From assembly GCF_036321535.1 (NCBI RefSeq), contig NC_087437.1, positions 56,980,001 to 57,044,000 of the forward strand: a DNA stretch of 64,000 bases, written 5' to 3'. Position numbers and translations under genes: made by a program. The DNA comes from Camelus dromedarius. Its lineage: Eukaryota. How positions within the stretch are numbered: the first letter of the stretch is position 1; every line of letters starts with the position of its first letter. The notes under the pieces are model-generated. The model saw only the letters and a list, made by a program, of their open reading frames with translations, was not told where the DNA came from and ran no database searches. Positions 24,990 to 37,549 of the stretch are shown here, in pieces.

Positions 24990-25340
24990 GACCTAGGATA
25001 ATAGGTACAGGAAGAAGCCGGGATAAAGAGGAAAAAGTGATGATAAGGGACACAGTGTGGCTGGTCTGGGGAACCAAAAAAAAAAAAAAAAAAAGCTGCA
25101 GGCTTGGCCAAGTATCATTGCTATAGGAGCTACAGGGGTAGGGACCTAGGCTGAAAGGAAATTCTTTGTCCCCTTCTCATACCTTCCAGGATTGCTCTCG
25201 GAGTGCTGCCTCCTGGTGGAGATCACAGTCAGCCAACCAGCATGGGAATCTGGTAAATAGAGTTGGTGCAGTCTGAGCCCCAGTATCTCAGAGTATGAAA
25301 TGAATACAGAAGGGTGAGCAAACTGATAACTAACCAACAT
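24990..25340 (-). mobile_element. Ancient ERVL LTR (LTR33/LTR41-like)
   Basis: 'tgggaatctggtaaatagagttggtgcagtctgagccccagtatctcagagtatg...agaagggtgagc' resembles the LTR33/41 group. Boundaries uncertain. Confidence 0.45.
25203..25221 (-). promoter_or_regulatory. Candidate CTCF site
   Basis: Minus strand reads CTCCACCAGGAGGCAGCAC, a close fit to the CTCF core with one deviation at the K position. Confidence 0.5.
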
Positions 25341-26189
25341 AATCACAGTAATTTTTAATACCAAGAGAGTAATTTCTTAGCACACTTCCCCTTACTAATA
25401 CACTACCATCACTGCAGGGTCCTGTAATTAAATATATAACGAGGTTTCATCAAATGGCATTTTAGATTACTAATTTTCAACTCCATATGTTTTTCATTCT
25501 GTAACTCATGGATTTGCCTGTCTCTGCATCTTTGATAAGCTCTATTTTAAATTACCATAGTATATTTTACATATGAATATTTACACATACATATACACAC
25601 ATATAGGGTAATTTGGAATACGGCATTTTCACCTTCTGGGCTGATTTTAGCATTTAATTAATCGCTATGTAAGGTGCCATGACACCATAATAATCTAGGA
25701 CAATTTCAAACATATTAAAGCAATTTAAAAATCACCAAAGTATATAAAAACTTACTTTCCTCTAGAGAAAAAGAATTTGAGAACATAAAATAATAGCATA
25801 TTTAGAAAAGCACTTTAGAGCTCATCTAACCAATGAACCTTAAGTTTCTAAAGTAATTTCCATACCACAGACAATTCTTTCCTTAAAGATTTCAGTGCTG
25901 GACTGAGATAGTAATGAAAAAGATGACATAAATTTACTCTCGACACACGTGACTTCAAGTAACCCAGTTTTCTTTAATTGTATGACTTGGAAATGTTTTA
26001 GGTGGATGAATGAGAAAAAAGCACTCAAAAAGAAATAAGCATGGACTAGGTTGGGATGTTAACTCAGCTTGTTTCAAAGAGTTATAATAGAATCCACACT
26101 ATCCAAAAGGCAAATATGCTCTGAGGTCTTCTCTGTCTATATACTTAGGGGAAAATATTTGATTTCTTTGGTGGGAGAAATTACCACAT

Positions 26190-26540
26190 CGTTCATGAGC
26201 GTGAGGCAGGAAGCACGCACAGTCAACGTAACAAGCAGTTACAGAGGCTTTCCGTAACGGAATCCAACGTAGACCTGTCCTTTATATATAAGATCTAGGG
26301 AGAAAGAGCAGGGCTGGAGGCTAGGTTTAGGGCTCACGTTTCTCCTCTGTGAAAGAAAGAAGGGAAAACACACAATCTTTTGTAGGTCAGAGACTCTGGT
26401 GTTACTATTCTCACCAAAGCTAACATAAACTGCTTTCAAAACAAGAAAATAAACTTACTTCCCTTCATGAAGCGCTCCAACCCACCTGAACCCCGAAACC
26501 CAGTCTAAGTTCTAGTTACGTTGCAACTTCCGCGTTTTCT
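26190..26540. promoter_or_regulatory. Candidate promoter (MYB/RFX/ETS motifs, TATA-like run, local CpG enrichment)
   Basis: CAGTTA at 26236-26241, TAACGG at 26255-26260, TTTATATATAAG at 26281-26292, X-box-like GTTACGTTGCAAC at 26515-26527, ACTTCCGC at 26526-26533, and a minus-strand donor GTAAGT at 26458-26453. Confidence 0.35.
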
Positions 26541-26974
26541 CAAATGTACATTTTCCTTCCGTGTTGTTGCTCCTACTTTTCTCTTAGTGTACAAAGCCTC
26601 TCCTCTTTTTCCTTTCCTGTTGAAAGTCAACCCGTCACAAATTCCTTGAGTTTCTTAAGCCCCTCCAAGATTCCCTCTGCTTTATTCAGTTGCTTCTTCT
26701 TTACTCTTAGAACATTTTGCTTCATTATTTTCTGTCTCTTACAGTTTCTTATTTTAGGAGACAGACTTCCCTGATGATACTACAACACTTATGATGAAAA
26801 CCTTACACGCTTTTCTCCAGAAAATCACACATATTTATATGAACAAAATTTTATAAAGGGTTTGCTAATAAGAGTTGGAGATTTAAAAGATGGATGGTTT
26901 TACACATCTAATGCACCATTTTTTTTCTTGAAAATGAAATATCTGATGTTTCTTTTCCTTCCCTTTCCTTTTCC

Positions 26975-26991
26975 TCCCTCTCTCTCTTCTT

Positions 26992-27020
<29 letters not shown>
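26975..27020. repeat. CT-rich / (CT)n simple repeat
   Basis: Seen directly. Confidence 0.85.
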
Positions 27021-27022
<2 letters not shown>

Positions 27023-27529
27023 TCATGATAGTTATCTTTTAATAGTGGTTTCTACTTCTTAGAGAATCAAAACTTTGGGTACTTTTTTTCTTAAAATGAA
27101 AGCATATCTCAACAAAGCAAATACAACTGAAACCCTACATATTTATAACCTGATATACTTACTCTGAATAACTTTGTTGAAGAAAAAGTGTATTACACTC
27201 TTTTTAACATTATGTCTTTAAGAACACACTGTAGAATTAAGTATCGGAAAGAATACTGGACTCTGTATCTAAAGATGTGGGATCAATTTTAGGATCTACT
27301 AGTTAGTATGTATATGATCTTCCAAATTAATATAGTATCTCTTAGCCTACTACAACTCTGTAAAGTAAAAAAATAAAAATACTTACATGACTGTAGAGAT
27401 CAAATGATACATGTGTAACATATTCATGCTTCTTTAGTATTTACCTAATGTCCTATTTCTGTCCCGAGATCTCATCCAGGGGTCCCGCATTACATTTAAT
27501 TGTCACGTCTCTTTAGGTGCCTCTTTTAA

Positions 27530-28300
27530 AGGGTAGCTGAAAGAAAATGAATTTGTGCAGGAGGTTAAGAGGTGGCTGCAGATGTAGATGGAAAAATAGG
27601 AGTGAATTGTGTCATGGAAGTCTTCCGGGAGACAATTTCAAGAAAAGTTTGGTTCAGTCTTCCACATATTTCAGAGAAATACAGTAAGATCAGGGCTGAA
27701 ATGTGTTCATTGTATTAGGAAAAAAGGAGTAACTGATCACTCTTGTGAGAAGAATTTTCCTGGAGAGATAGGGACAGAAATAACATAGCAGGGGGGGGGG
27801 GGCAGAATGGAAAGGAGGAAATGTAGACTACTTTTAAAGAAGCTGGTTACAGAGGCAATCAGGAAGATGAGAGGATGCCTAGAAGACCGTGGAAATTAAA
27901 CCAAACATTTAAATTTTAATAATGGGAGAGAGATGTATATGTATGTGTGTGTGAAGAGAAGGGAAGCAGTGGAGACAGCTGTTGAGGAAACAGAAAAGAA
28001 AGAAGATATTGTGAGATTTTTAAGGAAGAAAAATACGATTTAGGGCACAGTTTGAAGGATTATGTTTAGACTGGATATATAAGATCAACTTTCTTGTGAG
28101 GCTGGAGAGAAATGATAAGAGCGAGTGGAGATACAGTTATTTATTGATGAACAGCGACGGGGTGAAAGGAGGAAATTGAATGATGACCTATACCTTGGGA
28201 AGTAAGAGAAATTGCCTCTGTAATTAAAAAAAAAGAAATGACAATATTTCTGGGGATTTGCAAACATATTTTCCTGTGAATTTGGACAGCCTCCATGAAA
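27530..28300 (-). mobile_element. L2 LINE fragment
   Basis: 'gtgtcatggaagtc...gacaatttcaagaaaag...agtaagatcagggctgaaatgtgttcattg' and 'gtagactacttttaaagaagctgg' match antisense L2. Confidence 0.65.
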
Positions 28301-30470
28301 CTGAAATGGTATACTAAAAATATAAAAGGATTTGTCCTCACGAAAGTTATGTGGAACAAGATATTGATCAATTTTTTTCAATCTTTTTTTATTGCTGTGG
28401 GTATCAATATTTGGTACTGTACTATGACACATGTTTACATACAAATATGACAAAAAAAGCTACAGTAACCAGTTGAAAATAGTTTATAGGAGTTGGGGAT
28501 GATAGGAGAATCAAAACTCTATGTAATTAACAAAGTGAATGCGTGATCAGCGGGACTTAACATGAGACCATAAGTTGCAGAGTGACTGGAGAGTCCAGGG
28601 TCTCTCATAATGTTGAGCCTCAAAAATACAATTTTGAGATTACCTCTACAATGTCAGACACAGTGACTGAATTCTCTAGAGCATAAACATAATGAAAATG
28701 TTAAATGTGAACTTTTAACATACATCAGTTTTGTAGCCATATTTTGGCATTTCTTTATTCTGCAACTGGGAACCTCAAAAACTAGAAATGGCCTTGGGAC
28801 TTTACTTGCCCACTGAGGCCCTAGTGCCGAGGCAGTAATGATGGCGCATAGAAGTATAATCAAGGAAACTTCCATTCCAATATTATATAGCTTCATTTTT
28901 AAAAATGATTACTTTGGGAGTATAGTAGAAACAGAAGAAGAGGGAATGTTTGTTGATAGAGTCTGTCCACTTATTCACTAACGTTATCAGTTGACTGGAA
29001 ATTAAGACTAATCCATTGTGAAACTGGTTAACATAGTAAATCTATATAATAACTGAATAGAGGCATTATGCTAAACCAGTGACTAGACACACATTAGACA
29101 TTGCACACTTCTCGGTTAGCTTATTATTTACTAACAACTGAATAACAAATAAGAAATTTTTATAAGCAGAAAAACTCTACCTGTACAGAATTCCACTGTC
29201 TAGATGTTTTACTTATGGAAAACCCTACTAAGAGCTAGAAGTGGACAAAATATCCATTCTGAACAACTTAAAACAGGACTATACAACACACTTTCAGCAG
29301 TAGGGTTGCCAGTTTCAATTAAATATTCTGGCATACTTGATAGAAAACTCTTTAATCAAAAAGAAATAACTTGGTAACTTTGATAACCTCCATTGTACAC
29401 TATATTGGGTATTATGTGACTTTTAGTAACCAGTTTTTCCCCCAAATCCCTTTTTTTTGCTTCAACATAAATGAAAAGCATAATAAGAAATATGCAGTGT
29501 TCCCATCCTGCTATCTTGAACATCCAATTTGTTTTGTTCTTTAGTCCATACACTTTCTTCAAGTCTGTACATTTTTTTCCACACCAGCACTAAACCATTT
29601 TATAAAAGAATGGAACAGCAAGTCCTTTGTTGAAAAGACATATTTTCATTCATCAAGAAATGCTATTCTTTCCAAGATGTGAACATCATATTCAAAGCAC
29701 TAACTCCCTTCTAAAGGAAATATGAAAGGAACTATTTTTAATTTGGCAACCAGAAGATTGGAATATTTTGTCAAAATAAGGAAGTTATTCATATTCAGCT
29801 AAACCCAAAACACTCAGGGAACATGACATTGAACTTTCAAAAGGCAATGCTTCTCCAGATATTTGGAATTTCTGGTGTACATATGTATTGCCCCAGAGAG
29901 CAATTTGATAAATTCATTACAGCAACTTAGTCCTGCTGCAATGCAACAGTGAAGTTCAGAAATAACCTTCTATTTATTCCTACCTCTGAAAGATTAAGAA
30001 ACTCAGTAAAACAATTAATATGGATTCCAGTGGGCAAATCTCTTGGTAAGGTTGCTAAATACTTCCTACCTTAAAAAAGCTCCATAAGATAAAAGCAGGA
30101 TGAAACAAAATGAACACTTATGCCCTAAAAGATAAAGGGGGGCAGGTTTAAAACAAAGTAAATTTGTCTCTACTGAGTAGTTGGTACACAGGGCTAACAA
30201 TAATAAAAATTTTAGTCAAATGTAATGCATGAAACTTGACTGGCTGCTGGTTTAAGAAAAACCATAAAAGACATTTTTGGACAATTTGCAGGAGGTTGAA
30301 TATAGGTTGGATATTAGATGACATTATGGAAGTATTGTCCATTTTCTGTGATGTAATAACAGTACCACAATTTTATAAGACAATGTTCTTATTCCTAAGA
30401 GAGCCTGCGGAATGAAGTATTTGGGGTAACGGGATTAAAAAAAAAAAAAAAAAGAACAACTGGACATTTA

Positions 30471-31702
30471 CCCTATTTCACTGTATCCAAGACACCACTG
30501 ATTGTAAGATGCACCATTATTGTTTAGTAACAGAGAAAACGTTGTCAATAAAAATAATACTACATGTTTTTATGCCACTTTGCACTTATTTTTTTGAGAG
30601 AGCTTTTTAAGTCATCTGTGACAGTTTATGAAATTATATCTGTCTTCATACATACCTAAAAATTGAAAACATAAAAAAATGGGTTAAATTTTCCTGAAGC
30701 TTCTCCACATACAGAGTCTGACTCTTTTGGATGTGTTTGGACTCACTGCCACATCCATGTCATTTCTTCCAATATCATCCCCTGTGCCACTAGGAAAGTT
30801 GATGTTGCAACATTTCTTCAAAGAGTGCTTCACCTTTCACTTTGGGACTTTCTTTTTTTCTTCATTCTTTTTTTTCTTTATTGAAGTATAGTCAGTTTGC
30901 AACGTTGTGTCAATTTCTGGTGTACAGCATAATAGTTCAGTCACATATTCATACATATATTTGTTTTCATATTCTTTTTCATTACAGGTCACTACAAGAT
31001 ACTGAATATAGTTCCCTGTGCTATATAGTATAGACTTGCTGTTTATCTATTTCATATATAGTAGTTAGTATCTGCAAATCTTGAACTCCCAATTTATCCC
31101 TTCCCAACCACTTCACATCCTGGTAACCACAAGTTTGTTTTCTATGTCTGTGTATCTGTGTCTGTTTTGTAAACAAGTTCATGTCTTTTTTTTTTTTTTA
31201 ACATTTTTTATTGATTTATATTCATTTTACAATGTTGTGTCAAATTCCAGTGTAGAGCATAATTTTTTAGTTATACATGAACATATATATGTTCATTGTC
31301 ACATTTTTTTCTCTGTGAGCTACCACAAGATCTTGTATATATTTCCCTGTGCTATACAATATAATCTTGCTTATCTATTCTACATTTTGAAATCCCAGTC
31401 TGTCCCTTCCCACTCCCCTTCCCCATGGCAACCACAAGTTTGTATTCTATGTCTATGAGTCTGTTTCCATTTTGTATTTATGTTTCTTTTTTTTTTTTTT
31501 TTCACTTTGGGACTTTCTTCCAGGCTGCAGACACCCATTTTGCAAGGGTTGAGGGTAGTGCTTTTGATGCCTGCCCCTAGGCAGGTGATGACCACGTCCC
31601 AAACGCCAATTATAAGACACTATCAGTTTAAGGCCCACCCCCAATTTTAGAAATATTGAAACTGTGTGTCAATATGTATGTTTTAGACTGGAAGAAACTT
31701 GG
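30471..31702 (-). mobile_element. TcMar Tc2/pogo-type (Kanga-like) DNA transposon relic, split by an L1 insertion
   Basis: TA flanks at 30469-30470 and 31703-31704, with degenerate TIRs (ccctatttcactgtatccaagac / ttttagactggaagaaacttgg). With the L1 and one TSD copy removed, the minus strand reads LAKWVSAAWKKVPK*KVKHSLKKCCNINFPSGTGDD, the pogo/Tc2 transposase C-terminal 'WV..AW...SF.KC' motif. Confidence 0.7.
30855..31502 (-). mobile_element. Tandem pair of L1 3' UTR tails (two subfamilies) within one TSD
   Basis: TSD cactttgggactttctt at 30838-30854 and 31503-31519. Two homologous but distinct tails at about 30855-31186 and 31187-31486, separated by poly(T). Confidence 0.9.
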
Positions 31703-31849
31703 TATCTTTAGTTCCATTCAGACCCCTGGGAACACTTAAAACTTATCTGCTAGATTTTAGTTTTCTCTTAATTATATTTAATACATTTATCTGATTTTTC
31801 AAGCCATGGCTTATTATTAAAAGGAACAAATTTAGAATTGAAAAGAATA

Positions 31850-32110
31850 AAATCTTTTGCACATTGCTTTATAATTTGAAAGCTGCTTTCATGTGTCACG
31901 ACCAATTCAATTTTCCAACAAGTTAAAGTGTTTGCTGGGTATTACTACTGTTGGTTACTACTGGATACTATTTGGGTGGCTGTGTTACTATTATTCATCC
32001 GCATGTCCACTTTACAGATGATTAAATGGTCAGATCATGAGCATGAGTAAATGCTAGAATTTGAATTCAAATGCAAGTTGTGTGGTACCAAAATGCATGC
32101 TCTTTCCACT
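31850..32110 (-). mobile_element. MIR SINE
   Basis: 'tccactttacagatgattaaatggtcagatcatgagcatgagtaaatgctagaatttgaattcaaat...gcatgctctttccact'. Confidence 0.55.
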
Positions 32111-34689
32111 CGCTCTTCTATGAGGAGAAGTGAGGAGAGAGTGAGGGCAGGAGAAAGTGGTGCTGGCTTCAGGGGGGCGATGGTCATAGCTACCCAGCCT
32201 CACAGAAGTGCAGACCAGAGGACAGTATGTCAATGAAAGCGCTCAGAAATGGAGGCGTCTGGAGACACTAAGTGTTGCAGTAAAAAAATGTCAGCCCCTT
32301 CTTAGTACTTGTGAGTGTCCAGGATGCTCGAGAAAATGTTACCTAGTGCTCCTTAAGCTTGCTATTTCCGTCTCAGTAAGGAAGCAGGCCAGTTTAGAAA
32401 GCTCAACTTCCCTAAGAGTTTATTAAAATTTGTTATTTAGAAAATAATTTTCTGGGGATAACGTATATTCAAAACACCAATAAATTATCATATATTTCAT
32501 ATTGCACTCAAGTAATCATGACTTTGACATCCTAAATGAAACCTTCACTATTACTTTTCTAATTATTAATGTAATATATATGTTTTATAGATGATTTGGA
32601 ACATCCAGGAAGGTATAAAGAAGGAGTAAAAGCCAAGTAAAAAACACCCCACAAAATCCAAACTTAGTATATATCCTTGCAGATTTTTTTCTGTGCATTC
32701 AAAAATATATCAAAGATATTTAGCATTCTACATTTCTCCCCAGACATAACTATAATCATTGCATGGTATTCCATTTTAAATAACAGATGTTCTTTTTAAC
32801 TGAATGAATTCCAGAAATAATAAAATTACCATGTAAATGATGTATGCTTGACATTGAGAAAGCGAGAGTATGGTCCATTTTCCTACTGCTCTTTTAAACC
32901 CCAAATAAAAAGTTTAAATGCACTAGTGTCCGGCTGGGTGAACAGTCCACCTGGAAGTCACTCATTTCGTTGGGAAGGCACAGGCTGGAGTGTGAGCGAG
33001 GCCTGCGTGGGGATGGGGTCCTGTGACCCGGTGTCGTACACAATGCCCTGGAGGATGTTATAATCATGAAACCTGCCTCTCCTTTAGCAGAGTCTGGCCT
33101 CTTCCTCTAATGCTCTGCTTGTCATCCGTTTAAAGCAGGGATGAAAGATTTCTTTAGAACAGCTTTACTAGCTCAGGGCTATCATAATTCAGCACTTTGG
33201 GGATCACTTCTAAAAGGTGATGTGAACCGCTTTGCTTGACTCATCATTAGATTTTTAGATGTTAACCTTAACATTTTGGAGTTTTGTTTTATCCATTTGC
33301 CAAACTATTTCAGTATAGTTGGATTCAGTTTAGAGTTTGACATCTATGACTTTGATGTTTGAGACCATGAGGGGGACAATTTACATTTTAGTATTATTAT
33401 CTCTATAAAAACACCTTGAAAGCTTCTCAAATCATCTTTAGTGCACAGTTACTTTATCTGAGGTATACAAGGAGTAGAAAGCAAAGGGATGTGGAAGCCT
33501 TTTGGAAAGGGACTAGAATAATTAGGGCGCTCAGAGTACACCTTCGCTGCCTAACGTGTTTCAAGAACAATCTTTCTCAGCAAAACCTCCAAGTCTCTCT
33601 GCCACATCTTCCATCACAGGATGTAAGATTTCCTGCTAAAAACTGACCTTTGTGTTTCCTCTAATCCATCTTGTAGACATACATATGCTTAGAAAATGTC
33701 AGGAGCCTTTATATATCCTTTCTATGTTTGAGGAATTTTCCTCAATTAAATGGGTGTCCCTATTCTCAATTTAGAATCCAGAAATTTGTCCTTCTGGTCT
33801 TCCCAGCAGCAGAGCATGTGACCGAGACCCTCCCAAGCAGAAACATTCTCACAAAAGAGCAACCTAAGGAAGCATTTGCCCCATGGGAGCCATTTTCAGG
33901 CAAGCCCGGTGGCCAAGTTGTCTGGCCTTTGAGGACAGCAGTGTTCGAGGCTCTGGCATCCAGCGTCCAGGAGAGCTGCAGTACACACCCTCATCAGTGG
34001 TAACAGAGTCGCCTGCAGAAGCAGTCCCTGGACTTTGCTCCTGGTTGCACACATCCAATTCTGACTCTGTCTCTACCTTGGATGTATTTTGAGTCACCTA
34101 ACGTGCAAAGCAGATTCTTTTTTTACGTAAAATGGAAGGAATTTTGTGGTTTGCAATTCCAAACCCCAAAAAACACACCGTATCCTCCTCCCCACCTACC
34201 GTCTCCCTAGCACAGGGACTGTGTCTTATTTCTCTTGATCATTTTCCTCATCTTTATCTGTCGTAAAAAATAACACCATTTCACAGGGTTTACAAATGCA
34301 TCAACTCTGTAAATGGTTTTTGAGTCAAATTAAATTATCTTAAAGCAGCGCCAGGCAGCTCTGTAAGAATTGTTTACTTTCCTCTTACGAACAAAAGAAG
34401 TTTTCCCCTATATTCTTCATAAATAACACTTTAAAAATATTTCTTGGGTGAGCAAAATCAATACCTCTGTATAATGTGAACACGGATTTTTTTGAGCAGC
34501 GCTGGTATAGGAAAAACAGACCAGAAGATTTACTGATTTGCAAATGCAAAAGAGGATATCCATATGATTTCTAGAACCCAAGTGAAAAGGAACAGTTGCA
34601 ATTGAGATTAAATCCTTCAACTGACCAGTCAGATTTTGTTTATCCTTATGTGAGTCAGTGTGGAGTAATGGACACATGAAGAATAAATT

Positions 34690-34900
34690 GGTATACTTGT
34701 GTTCAACTCCTGCTCCCTTCCTTAGCTGTGTGATTTTGGATAAGTTATGGTTTTTGAAATTCGGCTTTGCTCACTTTCAAAATGAGATTTTTAACACGCT
34801 GTGCACCTAAAAGCCTTGTTACAGGGGTAGGGGAATGAAATTGTTAGCATATGATGATGCTTTATAACTTGTAATAGGGATTATAAAAATTATTATTCCT
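34690..34900 (+). mobile_element. MIR SINE
   Basis: 'tgtgttcaactcctgctcccttccttagctgtgtgattttggataagtta...ttttcaaaatgaga'. Confidence 0.6.
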
Positions 34901-35134
34901 AGTGTTTATGTTTTTTTTTCTCCAGGATATTGTTCTTCTACTGAAAAATTTCTAAGTGCTCCAGAGAATTTGAGATTAAAGTAAGGAACATATGTTGAAT
35001 ATCTGCTTCCTTAATTATAATCTTTCCATTTCAATCGAGGTTTTATTGGAAAGAATAAATAATACACTTACACTTTGGAGAACATTAAAACTTCTAAAAT
35101 GTATCTATATCTTATAATTAAATAAGAAAAATTT

Positions 35135-35930
35135 TCTGTTTGGATTTTGGATCTGCATGAGATAGATACTCAGATCTAGTCTAAAAACAAACATGGTTAC
35201 CAAAGGGGAAAGAGGAGTGGGGAAGGGACAAATTAGGAGTTTAGGGCTAGCAGATACAAATTACTATATATAAAATAAATAACAAAGTCCTACTGTAAAA
35301 CATAGAGAACTATATTCAATATCCTGTAATGAACCATAATGGAACAGAATATGAAAAAGAATATATATATACACACAGACACATATATAAATATATATAA
35401 CTGAATCACTTTGCTGTACACCAGAAACTAACATAACATTGTAAATCAACTATAAGTCGATAAAAAAATTTTTTTTTTTAAATCTAGCCTAAATAACCAC
35501 CAAAAAAAAGGAATTTTATTTTTCCCTTTTCATAGAACTGGGAAATTCAAGGGACACATTTTCGGACACAAATGGGTTCAGGGTTAAACACTGCCATCCA
35601 GAGTCTTTCAGATTCTGATTTCTCTGTGTTGGTTTGCACTTGGACTTTTTGGTGTGAGAGTAAAGTTGACTACTGGAATCTACAGACTTAAGTTATTCCA
35701 GTTTAGCAACCTCAAGAGAAAGGTGAGGTCTTTTTGGATATAGCCAACAAAATTCCTTGTGTTCTCACTGGCTCAGGCTGAGTTATGTGCCTGCCCTGAT
35801 TTAATCACCCTGGTCAGGAGGATGGGGTGCTCTGGCTACTTTTGGACCACATGCCTAATCCTGAAGCTGGTGCAGTCGACAGTCTTGGAACCTCAGGGAC
35901 TGAGAATGGGTGGGGGAGAAGATTAATAAG
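35135..35930 (-). mobile_element. Old MaLR LTR (MLT1 group), interrupted by an L1 tail
   Basis: 'ccagtttagcaacctcaagagaaagg', 'ctcactggctcaggctgagttatgtgcctgccctgatttaatcacc' and 'ggaccacatgcctaatcctgaagctgg' are typical antisense MLT1J/K/L motifs. Confidence 0.6.
35186..35481 (+). mobile_element. 5'-truncated artiodactyl-type L1 3' end
   Basis: 'aacaaacatggttaccaaaggggaaag...ctgaatcactttgctgtacaccagaaactaacataacattgtaaatcaactata'. TSD atctag(t/c)ctaaa at 35174-35185 and 35482-35493. Confidence 0.85.
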
Positions 35931-36699
35931 GAGAGACTATACAGAGAAAAATTATGCCCACTTTGTACAGTTTGAGAAGCAGCCAGGGCCAATGTATTAA
36001 AAAAAATCTGTAGAAAGTGCTTAAATTTACCTCAGTGAAGCCTTGTTCTCTACAGCTTTCATCTCTGATTTAGTAACCAGTAACTTAGACACTCTCTCTG
36101 CCATCTCCAGAACAGGTGGTTTAGCAGCATTACCGAGGATATGAGTGATGTTAGGGTGCTCATGCTATCATCAAGGTGGAAAGATGCCTAAAGAGTATTC
36201 CTAAGATGGTCAAAAAGAGAAAAACAATAAAGTGGTTTGCAAGAAGAAAATGCTGCAGAATGTGGAGCCTGCTTTTGTGAATTTTTAATAAAGGGCTCCC
36301 GGCATATAGAGCTGTCATGCCTTCATTAGGGGTGATGTGGAAGCTGCTATGAAGCAGGCCCCACACTCCAGATGGACACAGGGCACTGCAGGGCAGAAAG
36401 GGCTCAGAGTATATTATTTTTCAGTATGATACTTCCTTTCCATTATACACAGTAGAAGTTAAACACACGATTCTCTAATATCAAAAGCAAATATGCAGAC
36501 GTGGGCAGAGGCCTGATTTAGAATTGGAACATTTAAGTCCCAATTCTACCAATAACTTGGCATGGATCCTGGTGCAGTCCCTTTTCCTATCTTAACCTTT
36601 ATTTCTTTATCTGTAAATTCTAGGACTTGAATATGATGATAACAAAGGCCACTTCCTGCCTAGTAACTTTATCCTACTAGAAATTCTGTTTTCATTCTT

Positions 36700-37530
36700 T
36701 TGTAAATTTAATTTTTTTTATATACAGGCAATACATTTGCATGGTTCAAAGTGCAAAACAATATCGAAAGAACACTGTGGAAACCTCATTCCCACGCCTG
36801 CCATATCTACCATGTTTTGTACTAATCTCCAGTTTTATTGATTTCTTTGATATCTTCTGAGTTTCTTTTTAAAAATTTTTAATTGAATTACAGTGGATTT
36901 ACAATATTATATTAGTTTCAGGTGTACAACATAGTGATTCAATATTTTGACTGATTATATATACTTCATATATTATTAGAAAATAATGGCTATATTTCCT
37001 TGTGCTGTACAATATATCTTTGTTGCTTTTTTTATTTTATACATAGTAGTTTTTATCTCTTAATCTCATACCCTTTTCCAGAAGTTCTTTATAAAAATTC
37101 AAATAAATATATATTTGTCTTTCCCATCAATTTCTCACATAGAGGTTAATATACACCTTTGTTCCCCATTGAATATATCATGGAGCTCTTTTCATATGAC
37201 ATAAATCACATATTCATTCTTTATTTAGCCCCCTCATATTCAATTATTTCCAATATTTTGTTCTTAGCAGTAATGCTATGCATGCAGATATACCTGTAGA
37301 ATAAAGACCAAAAGTAGAACTGCCAGGTCAAAGGGTAAGTGCTTTTGTAACTTGTTTTTCAGGACTACCCTCTCTAGGGAGCATACAAATTTATACCCAA
37401 CCTGAATGGTATAGGAGGGCCTGTTTCTTCACAGTGTCACCAACAGAGTGTGTTGAGACACACTTACATTTTGCTAATCTGCTTGATTAATAATACTATC
37501 TTGGCACAGTTTTCCATAATTTTCTTATTA
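36700..37530 (-). mobile_element. Old L1ME fragment containing a younger antisense L1 tail (about 36870-37075)
   Basis: Younger tail 'ttgaattacagtggatttacaatattatattagtttcaggtgtacaacatagtgattcaat'. Older part 'gtagaactgccaggtcaaagggtaagtgc'. Confidence 0.65.
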
Positions 37531-37549
37531 CGAATAAATGTTTAGCCCA

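Noticed and set aside
33728..33745. Short inverted repeats (ttgaggaa-tt-ttcctcaa here; ccagcac-t-gtgctgg near 1105)
   Set aside because: Stems of 7-8 bp are expected by chance in 64 kb. There is no miRNA-length hairpin.
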